Shown here one piece after another: positions 8,597 through 17,689 of a stretch of DNA of 32,000 nucleotides. The position numbers were made by a program, and so were the translations under genes. Source of the DNA: Synechocystis sp. PCC 6803 substr. PCC-P (GTDB lineage Bacteria > Cyanobacteriota > Cyanobacteriia > Cyanobacteriales > Microcystaceae); the NCBI RefSeq assembly GCF_000284455.1, contig NC_017039.1, positions 3,180,001-3,212,000 of the forward strand, in the 5' to 3' direction. The notes below the pieces were generated by a model, which saw only the letters and a program-made list of their open reading frames with translations, did not search any database and had not been told where the DNA came from. Each line of letters starts with the position of its first letter. The stretch's first letter is position 1.

Positions 8597-9492
8597 TGAC
8601 CAAAGCCGTTAATAAATCTAATAGGACTAATAACACCAATAGAAAAACAGAATTTTGGCAAAAACTTCCCATTCACATAGCAATTCTCACCATTGCCTTC
8701 ATTTGGACATTGCCTAGTTTAGGTCTATTTATTAGCTCCCTACGGCCCCGGGGGGACATGCTCAGCACTGGTTGGTGGACAGTATTTTGGCACCCCCTAG
8801 AAATTACCCAGTTTTATCTGGGCAACTATGGGGACGTTTTACGCTCCTCCGGCATGGGGGAAGCTTTTTTAAACAGTTTGACCATTGCTGTGCCTGCCAC
8901 GGTGATTCCCATTGCCATTGCCACCTTTGCCGCTTACGCCTTTGCTTGGATGACCTTTCCGGGACGACAATTATTATTTATTTTGGTGGTCTGCCTACTG
9001 GTGGTGCCTTTACAAACCACTCTTATTCCTGTTTTGAGGGTTTACGCCCAATTGGGCCTAGCGGGCACTTTCCTTGGGGTTTGGTTAGCCCACACTGCCT
9101 ATGGTCTGCCCCTGGGTATTTACCTGTTACGCAACTACATTGGCGCTCTTCCCAAAGACCTAATTGAAGCGGCGGCGGTGGATGGTGCTTCCCATTTAAA
9201 AATTTTTACCAAGTTAATTGTGCCACTCTCCATGCCGGCGATCGCCTCCTTTGCTGTATTTCAATTTCTCTGGGTATGGAATGATTTATTGGTCGCCCTG
9301 GTTTACCTGGGGGGCACCGCCGATGTTGCCCCTGTTACCATCCAACTGAGTAATTTAGTCGGCTCCCGGGGACAGGATTGGTACTTATTAACCGCTGGAG
9401 CTTTCATCAGCATGATTGTGCCCCTAATGGTTTTCTTTGGTTTGCAGCGGTACTTTGTGCGAGGCATTCTGGCAGGATCAGTTAAATCCTAA
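8596..9492 (+). CDS. ggtD: ABC sugar transporter permease (MalG/UgpE-like)
   Basis: Polytopic membrane ORF with EAA loop IEAAAVDGASHLKIFTKLIVP. Its ATG overlaps the ggtC stop (TAATG), suggesting translational coupling. Confidence 0.85.
   Translation: MTKAVNKSNRTNNTNRKTEFWQKLPIHIAILTIAFIWTLPSLGLFISSLRPRGDMLSTGWWTVFWHPLEITQFYLGNYGDVLRSSGMGEAFLNSLTIAVPATVIPIAIATFAAYAFAWMTFPGRQLLFILVVCLLVVPLQTTLIPVLRVYAQLGLAGTFLGVWLAHTAYGLPLGIYLLRNYIGALPKDLIEAAAVDGASHLKIFTKLIVPLSMPAIASFAVFQFLWVWNDLLVALVYLGGTADVAPVTIQLSNLVGSRGQDWYLLTAGAFISMIVPLMVFFGLQRYFVRGILAGSVKS
9238..9245. repeat. HIP1 octamer GCGATCGC (representative copy)
   Basis: Exact match read from the sequence, inside ggtD. Confidence 0.95.
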
Positions 9493-10304
9493 CTGGCAAT
9501 AACCCGATTAACCAAAGCCATCACGTCACTGCGGCTGAGTTTTTCCTTACCCAGGGCCAAAACATCCAAGGTGCCATAGGCAAGGGTGAGGGGAATTTTA
9601 CAGAAATTGAGGGCCGGACCGTGGGGCAAAGATTTGGTGTATTGATCTGCCAACGCCAAATTGTAACGGGCATACTTGTGCATATCCGCCAGTTCCCAAC
9701 CCTGGGGAAAAAAGCTCACCCCCCGGCGCTTATCTTCCTTATAGTTGCGGACAATGTTCACCGCCTGGAGTCCCCGACCAAAACCAATGGCATGGGAGCG
9801 ATTCGTTTGGGTGCCATCGTGCCAAGCCCACAAATCCGAAAGCAGTAGACCCACCGCCCCCGCTACACTAAAGGTGTATTGGTCCAACTCGCTTTCCGTT
9901 CTGATTTGCCAGTTTTGGAGCGCCCAAAAAGCCATCCGATCCGACATGGCCGCCGTGGCATCCCAAACTCTAGGAGCAATGCTTTCCGGGGCTAGCAGGG
10001 CCCATTCTCCCACCCTTAAAGTTACCTCCGGCAAAAGGTTGCGGTAGGGGTCTAATCCCCGAATAAAGTCCTCACTGTGGGAGTTTTCCGTCGCACTCTG
10101 GAGATTAAGACTAATCTGATTTAGGATTCTCGCTTTGGTCTCAGCATCCAGGTCGGGGTGGTCTTCCACTTCATCGATCGCCCGCATACAAAGGTAGGCA
10201 GAGGCCACCGCATCGAGAAGCTGATCAGGCAAAATGCTAATGGGAATGTAGAATGTCCGACTGGTTTCTTGCAAAACCTTAAGGGCATTACGACGTAGGC
10301 TCAT
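9489..10304 (-). CDS. sqs: Squalene/phytoene synthase family protein (squalene synthase-like)
   Basis: Contains the Asp-rich motif RAIDEVEDH and a second motif NYKEDKRRGVSFFP, typical of head-to-head prenyl synthases. I prefer ATG 10304, preceded by AGGAG in ...TCAGGAGTTGATCGCATG, over the TTG at 10325 used by the track. Confidence 0.8.
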   Translation of the reverse strand: MSLRRNALKVLQETSRTFYIPISILPDQLLDAVASAYLCMRAIDEVEDHPDLDAETKARILNQISLNLQSATENSHSEDFIRGLDPYRNLLPEVTLRVGEWALLAPESIAPRVWDATAAMSDRMAFWALQNWQIRTESELDQYTFSVAGAVGLLLSDLWAWHDGTQTNRSHAIGFGRGLQAVNIVRNYKEDKRRGVSFFPQGWELADMHKYARYNLALADQYTKSLPHGPALNFCKIPLTLAYGTLDVLALGKEKLSRSDVMALVNRVIAS

Positions 10305-10425
10305 GCGATCAACTCCTGACACCAAAAATTTAAGCGGACTCTCAACTTACCTATTCAGGTCTGCAATGCTAGGCAATAGGTTCCAGCGGGGCCAAGGCGA
10401 GTTTTTGGTCACTCCATAACCTGGC

Positions 10426-10439
10426 AGATCCTAGGATCT
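10426..10439. promoter_or_regulatory. Perfect 14-bp palindrome AGATCCTAGGATCT in the divergent sqs / histidine-kinase intergenic region
   Basis: Read directly from the sequence. It lies 122 nt upstream of the sqs ATG (10304) and 171 nt upstream of the kinase ATG (10610). No gene ends nearby, so it is more likely an operator than a terminator. Confidence 0.3.
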
Positions 10440-10609
10440 TTAAATCTCCCAATGCCCCGACCCGGGTAAATTGAGCAAAACAATCACCCCATTCTATTAC
10501 GGCTTTGCGGGTGTGCTACAGACAAATGGGGGCCAGGGGGAGTAAGCCATTGCTTTTCCTGAATGATCCCCCATTGTGGGCACTCCTTAGATCCGCCAAC
10601 CTCAATCCT

Positions 10610-11728
10610 ATGGCTAAACTCAGTCTTGGTTCCCGTCTTTTCCTTTCCCATATGCTGGTGATGCTAGTCGGGTTGGGCAGTTTCGTTTCCCTGGCCAAAA
10701 TATCTTCCCCCCGCATGTTTGTTCTGCGCCTAGAGGAGTTGGAAAGTCAGGGATTTATAACTGTTCGTTCCGCCAAAACCTATCTGATCCGGGGTTTTGA
10801 AACCGCCTGGAATCGCAGTTCCCTCTGGGCAATTATCTTTGGGGCCAGCGCCGCTGGAGGGTTAAGCTTCCTAGCCGCAGACCGGATTATGCAACCCCTC
10901 GATCGCCTAAAGTTAGCCACGAAAAATTTGGCAGAGGGCGATTTACAATCCCGGATGCCCCCCAGTGACATTCCTGAATTGGAGGAGTTGGGCCAAAGTT
11001 TTAATCGCATGGCGGATAGCTTGGAAAATGTGGAACAACAACGGCGGGAACTGGTGAGTGACCTGACCCACGAATTACGTTCCCCTTTAACGGTGGTGCG
11101 GGGCTATTTGGAACAATTGGCGGAGGGCACCATTGCCGGAGATCCGGAACTATACCAACGACTGGTGGGGGAAACCCGCAGGTTGGAACGGCTAACGGTG
11201 GATTTACAAGAACTGTCCAAGGTGGAAGCGGGTTATTTATCTATCCAACGGCAACCCCTAGACCTTTATCCCCTGTTGGCAAAATTACAACAACGGTTTG
11301 CGGATCAGTTATTGGAAGATGGCCCGGAATTAATCCTCGCTGTCCAACCTCCTCTCCCAACGGTATTGGCGGATCCGGACCGCGCTGAGCAAATTTTGGT
11401 CAATTTAATTGGCAATGCGGTGCGTTATACCCCCAGCGGTGCCATTACCATCGACGCCTATCTTTGTACGAATAGGAAAGATATGGAAAAGGAAAATTTA
11501 CTCTGGGTGACTGTTACTGATACGGGCATTGGCATCGCAGAGGGGGATTTACCCTACGTGTTTGAGCGATTTTGGCGGGCTGATAAATCCCGTTCCCGTT
11601 ATTCCGGCGGCACGGGTTTGGGGCTGGCGATCGCCAAACGGTTGGTGGAATTGCAGGGGGGCAGTTTGACTGTCACGAGTACCCTGGGCCAAGGTAGTGA
11701 GTTTAGGTTTTCCCTACCATTGGTCTGA
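10610..11728 (+). CDS. hik10: Membrane sensor histidine kinase (2 TM, HAMP, HisKA, HATPase_c)
   Basis: H-box LTHELRSPLT, N-box LVNLIGNAVRYT, and G-boxes DTGIGI and GGTGLGLAI. Two TM segments flank a short external loop. I place the start at ATG 10610 (MAKLSLGSRLF...). No response regulator gene is adjacent. The symbol comes from recalled Synechocystis nomenclature. Confidence 0.8.
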   Translation: MAKLSLGSRLFLSHMLVMLVGLGSFVSLAKISSPRMFVLRLEELESQGFITVRSAKTYLIRGFETAWNRSSLWAIIFGASAAGGLSFLAADRIMQPLDRLKLATKNLAEGDLQSRMPPSDIPELEELGQSFNRMADSLENVEQQRRELVSDLTHELRSPLTVVRGYLEQLAEGTIAGDPELYQRLVGETRRLERLTVDLQELSKVEAGYLSIQRQPLDLYPLLAKLQQRFADQLLEDGPELILAVQPPLPTVLADPDRAEQILVNLIGNAVRYTPSGAITIDAYLCTNRKDMEKENLLWVTVTDTGIGIAEGDLPYVFERFWRADKSRSRYSGGTGLGLAIAKRLVELQGGSLTVTSTLGQGSEFRFSLPLV

Positions 11729-11850
11729 AGGCTGATCGCCCCTGGGAAAATGTTTGTAACACTTTCAGCCAGAATAATCCCCGCTTACCTTCCCCAGTCA
11801 AACCCAGACAAAGATAAGGTAGAGTTGTGGTTTGGCATTATTCCAACATT

Positions 11851-14370
11851 ATGCACAAGAAATCAAAGGCCCAATTGCAGGATTATTTCAAGGATTTAAC
11901 CGCAATAGGGAATGCTTCATCGGAGCAGATGGAGGCCAACCGGGATGGCATCCAGGGGGAAACGGAGGAAAATATTAATCCTCCCCCGCAAAATCCGAAA
12001 AAAAGGCTATCTTTACCGAATTTATCTAGTCCGTCCTTGGCAGCAGAGGCGGAAAACCTAGAAAGTGCAGGGCAACCTGGGTCAGACTACTTATCTAATT
12101 CATTCGGCCAAGCTAATAAAGCCAATGTTGCCGTTGCGCCGGTAAATTCAGATTACATTGCCCCAGAGAAATTGGAAGATCAACCCGGGGATTTTTTCGG
12201 CGGTAAACGCTGGTTCTGGTTGGGAGGGATTTTAGTGCTGTTGGTGGGGGGCACGGCCCTGACTCTGCCCAAGGCTTTGGAAATGGTGAACGGTTGGCGA
12301 CAGGAAGCCCAACTCAAAGCTTACGAGCAGGAACAACACCAAGATTCCGAGGTGCTCAGGCTGGCTCTATTGCCCCCAGATCAAAGACGGAGTAAGTTGG
12401 AGGCGATCGCCAACCAAGAAGTATTATCCCTGGAAAGAAGTCGGGCTAGGTTTTTGCTAGCAGGGGATTTGTTGGCGGAATTTGAGGGAGGGCCGGCGCT
12501 CCGAGTATTAGAAGGATTGGAAGTGCAATATCCAGTGTTAGCGCCCTACATTTTGCTGATGCGGGGCCGGGGCTATCAATTGAGCAACGAAAATGACCAA
12601 GCGGAAGCTACTTGGCAAGACATTTTAGACCAATATCCCGATTCCCCTGTGGTAGTCAATGCCCTGGAAAATTTGGGCAGTTTGGATGAAACCTATTGGC
12701 AACAGGCGATCGCCGACCATCCGGGCCATCCCCGCACCTTGGCTATTCTCCACCAGCAGTTGGAAAGTGAACCTAATGCTCTAGAAATCCAACGGCAAAT
12801 TTTGCAAAATCATCCCACCGATGGCCGCACTGCTGCTGTGATTAATTCCCTCACAGCCAATCGCCAAGGAGAGTTAACCCCTGAGGATTGGCAGGCCATG
12901 GGGGACAACTTTTGGCACCGCCGCATCTATAACCAGGCGATCGCCCCTTATGAAAAGGCTCCCAGCAATGCCCGTAATCTTTATCGTTTAGCCAGGGCCC
13001 AACAGATTAGCAAACTAGATAATGAAGCAAAGGAAAATTATCGCCAATTAATTGCCACCTACCCCGACAGCGAAGAAACCGCTTTAGCCCTGCGACGTTT
13101 AGCGGAATTGGTCCCCCCCAGGGAAGGGGTGCAATATTTACAGCAGTTAGAGCAACAATTTCCTGACCAAGGGGCCTCTGCCTTGGCGGCCCGCATAGAT
13201 CTGCTGGCGAAATTTGATGCTAACCAAGCCCAACAGGCCCGGCAAGCTCTCCTGCAAAAGTACCCCAATTCCGATGCTGCGGCTGATTACCGTTGGCGTC
13301 AGGCCCAGGAGTTTGCTAAAGCCGGCAATTACACTGAAGCTTGGCGCTGGGCCAAGGAAATTGCCAATCAAAATCCCCAGAGTGACGTTACCCCCAAAGC
13401 GATTTTTTGGATCGGGAAATGGGCCCAACAACTAGGGCGATCGGCTGATTCCAAGGCCGCTTTTGAAACAGTCTTGGCTAAATATCCCCAGTCCTACTAC
13501 GCTTGGCGATCGGCGGTATTACTGGGTTGGCAGGTGGGGGACTTTAACTCGGTGCGTTTCCTCAACCCCCCGGTGACGGTGCCGGATCAGCGCCCCTTAC
13601 CCCCGGCCGGTTCCCCCACCTTTCGGGAGTTGTATCGTCTTGCCCAGGATCAAGAGGCGATCGAACTTTTCAATGCGGAAGTTCGGGCCCGGGCAGAAGG
13701 GGAAGCCACACCGGAGCTAACGGTAAATGAAGGTTTTACAGAAGCTTTACTCAAGCTGACCCAACAGGAGTATTTACAGGGCATCAACCAAGTCCTGAAC
13801 TTGCGCAATCCTGAAGACCCGGAACAGAGAAAACAATGGGAAGAACTACGGAGTACCAGGGATTATTGGCAAACCCTCTTTCCTTTTCCCTACCAACAAT
13901 TAATTTTTGAATGGTCGGAAAAACGTCAGGTCAATCCATTTTTGGTCACTGCCTTAATTCGTCAGGAATCCCGCTTTGAGAAGAATATCCAGTCTCCCGT
14001 GGGAGCAACGGGGTTGATGCAGATAATGCCCGCCACAGCAGAATGGATTGCGCCCCAAATTGGTCTGAAGGAATATTCCCTCACCGATCCCACCGATAAC
14101 GTCAATATGGGCACTTGGTATTTTGACCATACCCATAAAACCTATAACAACAATTCTGCCCTGGCGGTGGCTAGCTACAATGCCGGGCCGGGCAATGTGG
14201 CCAAATGGTTACAGGAATTTAACAACGCTGACCCTGATCTATTTGTGGAACGCATTCCCTTTGCGGAAACGAAAGGTTATGTGGAGTCTGTCTTTGGTAA
14301 TTATTGGAATTATCTACGCATTTATGACCCCGATGTGGAAAAACTGATGGGGCAGGTAGGGAAGAATTAA
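11851..14370 (+). CDS. Soluble-lytic-transglycosylase-like protein (Slt70-type) with N-terminal anchor and TPR-like superhelical region
   Basis: The C-terminal SLT domain carries the catalytic block LIRQESRFEKN plus GLMQIMP and SYNAGPGNV. It has a long helical-repeat N-domain and one TM segment (WFWLGGILVLLVGGTALTL). I place the start at ATG 11851. Confidence 0.82.
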   Translation: MHKKSKAQLQDYFKDLTAIGNASSEQMEANRDGIQGETEENINPPPQNPKKRLSLPNLSSPSLAAEAENLESAGQPGSDYLSNSFGQANKANVAVAPVNSDYIAPEKLEDQPGDFFGGKRWFWLGGILVLLVGGTALTLPKALEMVNGWRQEAQLKAYEQEQHQDSEVLRLALLPPDQRRSKLEAIANQEVLSLERSRARFLLAGDLLAEFEGGPALRVLEGLEVQYPVLAPYILLMRGRGYQLSNENDQAEATWQDILDQYPDSPVVVNALENLGSLDETYWQQAIADHPGHPRTLAILHQQLESEPNALEIQRQILQNHPTDGRTAAVINSLTANRQGELTPEDWQAMGDNFWHRRIYNQAIAPYEKAPSNARNLYRLARAQQISKLDNEAKENYRQLIATYPDSEETALALRRLAELVPPREGVQYLQQLEQQFPDQGASALAARIDLLAKFDANQAQQARQALLQKYPNSDAAADYRWRQAQEFAKAGNYTEAWRWAKEIANQNPQSDVTPKAIFWIGKWAQQLGRSADSKAAFETVLAKYPQSYYAWRSAVLLGWQVGDFNSVRFLNPPVTVPDQRPLPPAGSPTFRELYRLAQDQEAIELFNAEVRARAEGEATPELTVNEGFTEALLKLTQQEYLQGINQVLNLRNPEDPEQRKQWEELRSTRDYWQTLFPFPYQQLIFEWSEKRQVNPFLVTALIRQESRFEKNIQSPVGATGLMQIMPATAEWIAPQIGLKEYSLTDPTDNVNMGTWYFDHTHKTYNNNSALAVASYNAGPGNVAKWLQEFNNADPDLFVERIPFAETKGYVESVFGNYWNYLRIYDPDVEKLMGQVGKN

Positions 14371-14610
14371 TCTCGTTTTTATTTAACTCAGAGCCTTGGC
14401 ACCGGGAATCTCGGGCAAGTTTTATGCCGCCGACGTTAGCTTGGGGATCGCAGCAAAAATCTTCTTTGGCAACACCAAAATAGCCAATCTCCCTTATTCG
14501 TCCATTAGAATTGCAATTAGTCAGGCACTCGGGCCAGGTTTTATCCATCCCTCAAGGTGTGATTTACTGATTTCCGCCCGGAAAAATGGGTCCCGTTCCC
14601 CGCATTTACT

Positions 14611-16452
14611 ATGATCAAACGTTTTTTCCTCACCATTCTGTTCTTTGCTGGTCTGTGGTTTGCCCTCAATCTCTATCTCCAACACCATGGTTTGGCCCAC
14701 CGTGGTAATTACGACAGCTTGATCATTAACTTCAGAAACGATATCCCCACCCAGACCCTGACGGCGGATATCCAAGCCATCGATGGCAAGTTAGAAAAAA
14801 CGGTGGATTTTAATAGTATTTTCTCGATCAAAGATTATGTTTACACCGTTAAAGGCGATGGGGAAGATTTAAAACGGCTGCGGCGATCGCCTTTGATGAA
14901 GGAGGTGGACTACGTTGAACCCAACTATGTTTACCAAGCCCTAGAAGTGCCCAACGATCCTGAATACAGTAAGCAATGGAATCTCCGGGCGATCGCCATG
15001 GAATCGGCCTGGGATGGTAGTAAGGGGGAAGGGGTAACGGTTGCGGTGATTGATACCGGAGTAACCAGGGTTCCAGATTTACGACAAACCCAATTTGTCA
15101 CTGGCTATAACTTTGTGGACGATAATCGTGACACCACCGACTACAACGGCCATGGCACCCATGTGGCGGGAACCATTGCCCAGGCCACTAACAACGAATA
15201 TGGGGTAGCAGGTATTGCCCCCAAGGCTAAAATTATGCCCCTAAAAGTGCTGGGGGACAACGGTGGCGGTACCGTGGCGGACATTGCCGAAGCCATTATC
15301 TATGCGGCAGATAATGGGGCCAGCGTGATCAATATGAGCTTGGGGGGCGGCGGTGAAAGTAAAACCCTGGCCGATGCTATTGACTACGCCTACAGCAAAG
15401 GGGTGGTAATTATTGCGGCGGCGGGTAATGAAGGACAAAATGCCGCGGCCTATCCCGGTCGGTACCCGAAGGTAATCAGCGTGGCTGCCACCGATGCCAC
15501 GGGTAATAAGGCGGACTATTCCAATTACGGTGCAGGGGTGGACATAGCTGCTCCTGGGGGTAGCACCGACGGCAAAGACGGCAAAATTCTCCAAGAAACC
15601 ATTGACCCAGATACCAGGGAACCAGTATTGATGGGTTTTCAGGGCACTAGCATGGCGGCTCCCCATGTGGCCGGCACAGCCGCTTTGATCCAATCGGTGC
15701 AACTGCAACAGGCAAAAGTTGGTTTATCGACAAGGGCGGCAGAAAATTTAACCATAGCCGAAGTGTCGGAACCAGAAATGGTATTAAAAATTCTCAAAGC
15801 CTCTGCCCGCTCTGTGCCCAACGATAGTCTGAATTACTACGGTGCTGGCCATGTCAACGCCGGGGAAGCCGTCAAACAGGCCCAACAAGGAGAGATTTCC
15901 TTCCGGGATTTCATGCGTTGGTTGCGGGATAACGGTTATCTCAATCCCATCTTTTGGTTCGACGGGGGAGCCGTAGCGTTCCTACCCAAATTAGCCATGG
16001 TGTTGGGGTCATACCTGTTGGTGTTACTGTTGCGGATCTATCTACCGTTGCAATTTACCTGGCCGTTCAACTGGGGATTAATTTTCGGTAGCTCGGGCTT
16101 ATTCTTTCTACAGGGTCTATACATTTTTGACTTGCCCCAATGGCCCTTCCGCGCCATGGGTAGTTCTTTACCGGAGTTGGGTAACAGTCTCCCTGGCACA
16201 GGTTTGTTAAATCCTTTTTTTGCCAGCGCCCTCATTCCCATTGTCTTACTACTACTGCTCCTGGGCAACCCCAGTGGGAAACAGTGGTCTTTGGGAGTTT
16301 GTTTTGGGGTCACTGTTTTTCTTTTAATCTCCGCTTTTCTGGGCACTCCCCTTTGGCTCATTGGCACCGGCTCCACGGCGATCGCCTTTTTGGTGGTTAA
16401 CGCCCTAATCTGCTTGGGTCTTGGGTCTTTGGCCGCTAAGGGAGAACATTAG
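14611..16452 (+). CDS. Subtilisin-like serine protease (peptidase S8) with I9-like propeptide and polytopic C-terminal membrane domain
   Basis: Catalytic triad blocks are VAVIDTGV (Asp), HGTHVAGTIA (His) and GTSMAAPHVAG (Ser). There is an N-terminal signal anchor (FFLTILFFAGLWFALNLYL). The last about 185 aa contain about 5 hydrophobic segments. Confidence 0.88.
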   Translation: MIKRFFLTILFFAGLWFALNLYLQHHGLAHRGNYDSLIINFRNDIPTQTLTADIQAIDGKLEKTVDFNSIFSIKDYVYTVKGDGEDLKRLRRSPLMKEVDYVEPNYVYQALEVPNDPEYSKQWNLRAIAMESAWDGSKGEGVTVAVIDTGVTRVPDLRQTQFVTGYNFVDDNRDTTDYNGHGTHVAGTIAQATNNEYGVAGIAPKAKIMPLKVLGDNGGGTVADIAEAIIYAADNGASVINMSLGGGGESKTLADAIDYAYSKGVVIIAAAGNEGQNAAAYPGRYPKVISVAATDATGNKADYSNYGAGVDIAAPGGSTDGKDGKILQETIDPDTREPVLMGFQGTSMAAPHVAGTAALIQSVQLQQAKVGLSTRAAENLTIAEVSEPEMVLKILKASARSVPNDSLNYYGAGHVNAGEAVKQAQQGEISFRDFMRWLRDNGYLNPIFWFDGGAVAFLPKLAMVLGSYLLVLLLRIYLPLQFTWPFNWGLIFGSSGLFFLQGLYIFDLPQWPFRAMGSSLPELGNSLPGTGLLNPFFASALIPIVLLLLLLGNPSGKQWSLGVCFGVTVFLLISAFLGTPLWLIGTGSTAIAFLVVNALICLGLGSLAAKGEH

Positions 16453-16469
16453 TCTGATAAAGACTAAAT

Positions 16470-16493
16470 CCCCTGATCCTCAAGGATTGGGGG
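16470..16493 (+). terminator. Stem-loop downstream of the subtilase gene (terminator-like, no U-tract)
   Basis: CCCCUGAUCC-UCAA-GGAUUGGGG forms a 10-bp stem including two G-U pairs, 18 nt after the stop codon. A smaller hairpin, AGTCT-gataa-AGACT, sits at 16451-16465. Confidence 0.4.
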
Positions 16494-16558
16494 CACCGGG
16501 GGAAATGATAAGCTAGCAAAGGCGTAATTTTACAAAAAAAATTTATCTAGGAGTAATA

Positions 16559-17611
16559 ATGACAGAAGCAAATGATTTGCCCTACCTTCTGCGGGTAGCC
16601 AGGGGCGAAGTGGTTAAACGTCCCCCCGTGTGGATGATGCGCCAAGCCGGCCGTTATATGAAAGTTTATCGAGATCTGCGGGATAAATATCCGAGTTTCC
16701 GGGAGCGGTCGGAAAACCCAGACTTGGCCATCGAAATTTCCCTCCAGCCCTGGCAAGCGTTCCAACCCGATGGGGTGATCATGTTTTCGGACATTTTAAC
16801 TCCTCTGCCCGGTATTGGCATTCCCTTCGACATCATCGAAAGTAAAGGGCCCATCATCGACCCTCCCATCCGTACCCAAGCCCAGGTGGATCAACTCCAT
16901 GCCCTAGATCCGGAATCAAGTCTGCCCTTCATCAAAACTATTTTGGGAACGCTACGGAAAGAAGTAGGCAACCAATCCACTGTGTTGGGTTTTGTGGGTG
17001 CTCCCTGGACCCTAGCGGCCTATGCCATTGAAGGGAAAAGCTCCAAAGATTATAAAGTAATTAAGCAAATGGCCTTTTCTGAACCGGCCATTCTCCACAG
17101 TTTCCTCGATAAAATTGCCGAGGCGATCGCCGTTTATGTCCGTTACCAAATCGACTGTGGTGCCCAAGTGGTGCAATTATTCGATTCTTGGGCCGGCCAA
17201 TTAAGCCCCCAAGATTACGACACCTTTGCCCTGCCCTACCAGCAAAAAGTGGTCAAACTGGTCAAAGAAATCCATCCCGATACACCGTTAATTCTTTACA
17301 TCAGCGGCAGTGCCGGAATTTTGGAACGCATGGGTAAATCCGGGGTGGACATTGTCAGTGTGGACTGGACGGTGGACATGGCCGACGCCCGCCAACGCCT
17401 GGGCAAAGAGATGAAAGTCCAAGGCAATATGGACCCCGGCGTACTATTTGGTTCCCAGGACTTCATCAAAGAACGGATTTTAGACACGGTGCGGAAAGCA
17501 GGGCAGGGGGGGCATATTTTCAACCTCGGCCACGGTGTTTTGGTGGGCACCCCGGAAGATAACGTCCGCTTCTTCTTTGAAACAGCTAAGCAAGTGGATC
17601 AATTACTGTAA
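16559..17611 (+). CDS. hemE: Uroporphyrinogen decarboxylase
   Basis: Contains the signature [12 protein letters not shown] and a conserved C-terminal block [14 protein letters not shown] at 16549-16553 lies 5 nt before the ATG. Confidence 0.92.
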   Translation: MTEANDLPYLLRVARGEVVKRPPVWMMRQAGRYMKVYRDLRDKYPSFRERSENPDLAIEISLQPWQAFQPDGVIMFSDILTPLPGIGIPFDIIESKGPIIDPPIRTQAQVDQLHALDPESSLPFIKTILGTLRKEVGNQSTVLGFVGAPWTLAAYAIEGKSSKDYKVIKQMAFSEPAILHSFLDKIAEAIAVYVRYQIDCGAQVVQLFDSWAGQLSPQDYDTFALPYQQKVVKLVKEIHPDTPLILYISGSAGILERMGKSGVDIVSVDWTVDMADARQRLGKEMKVQGNMDPGVLFGSQDFIKERILDTVRKAGQGGHIFNLGHGVLVGTPEDNVRFFFETAKQVDQLL

Positions 17612-17689
17612 GAGCTTGTTGGAAAAGTTTTATTCTGCCCCCTAAATCTCCTCAGTAACGCTCCGGCAATACTGAGAAACTTTGAATGC

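Noticed and set aside
8772-9167. 131-aa plus-strand ORF in an alternative frame of ggtD
   Set aside because: It is out of frame within a clearly conserved permease. The product is Cys/His/Gly/Arg-rich and unlike a real protein.
14219-14548. 109-aa minus-strand ORF starting in the same spacer and running 150 nt into the slt 3' end
   Set aside because: It would require a long antisense overlap with a well-supported gene. It has no motifs and is probably spurious.
14396-14614. 72-aa ORF filling the slt-subtilase spacer, with its stop overlapping the subtilase ATG as ATGA
   Set aside because: It begins only at a TTG, has no in-frame ATG and no Shine-Dalgarno sequence, and its composition is unremarkable. 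The ATGA overlap is probably coincidental. I kept the region as a low-interest finding as a possible leader or sRNA.
15241-15708. 155-aa minus-strand ORF inside the subtilase gene
   Set aside because: It lies antisense to the S8 catalytic core (the His and Ser blocks are on the plus strand). Its composition is Gly/Arg/His-rich and it has no recognisable motif.
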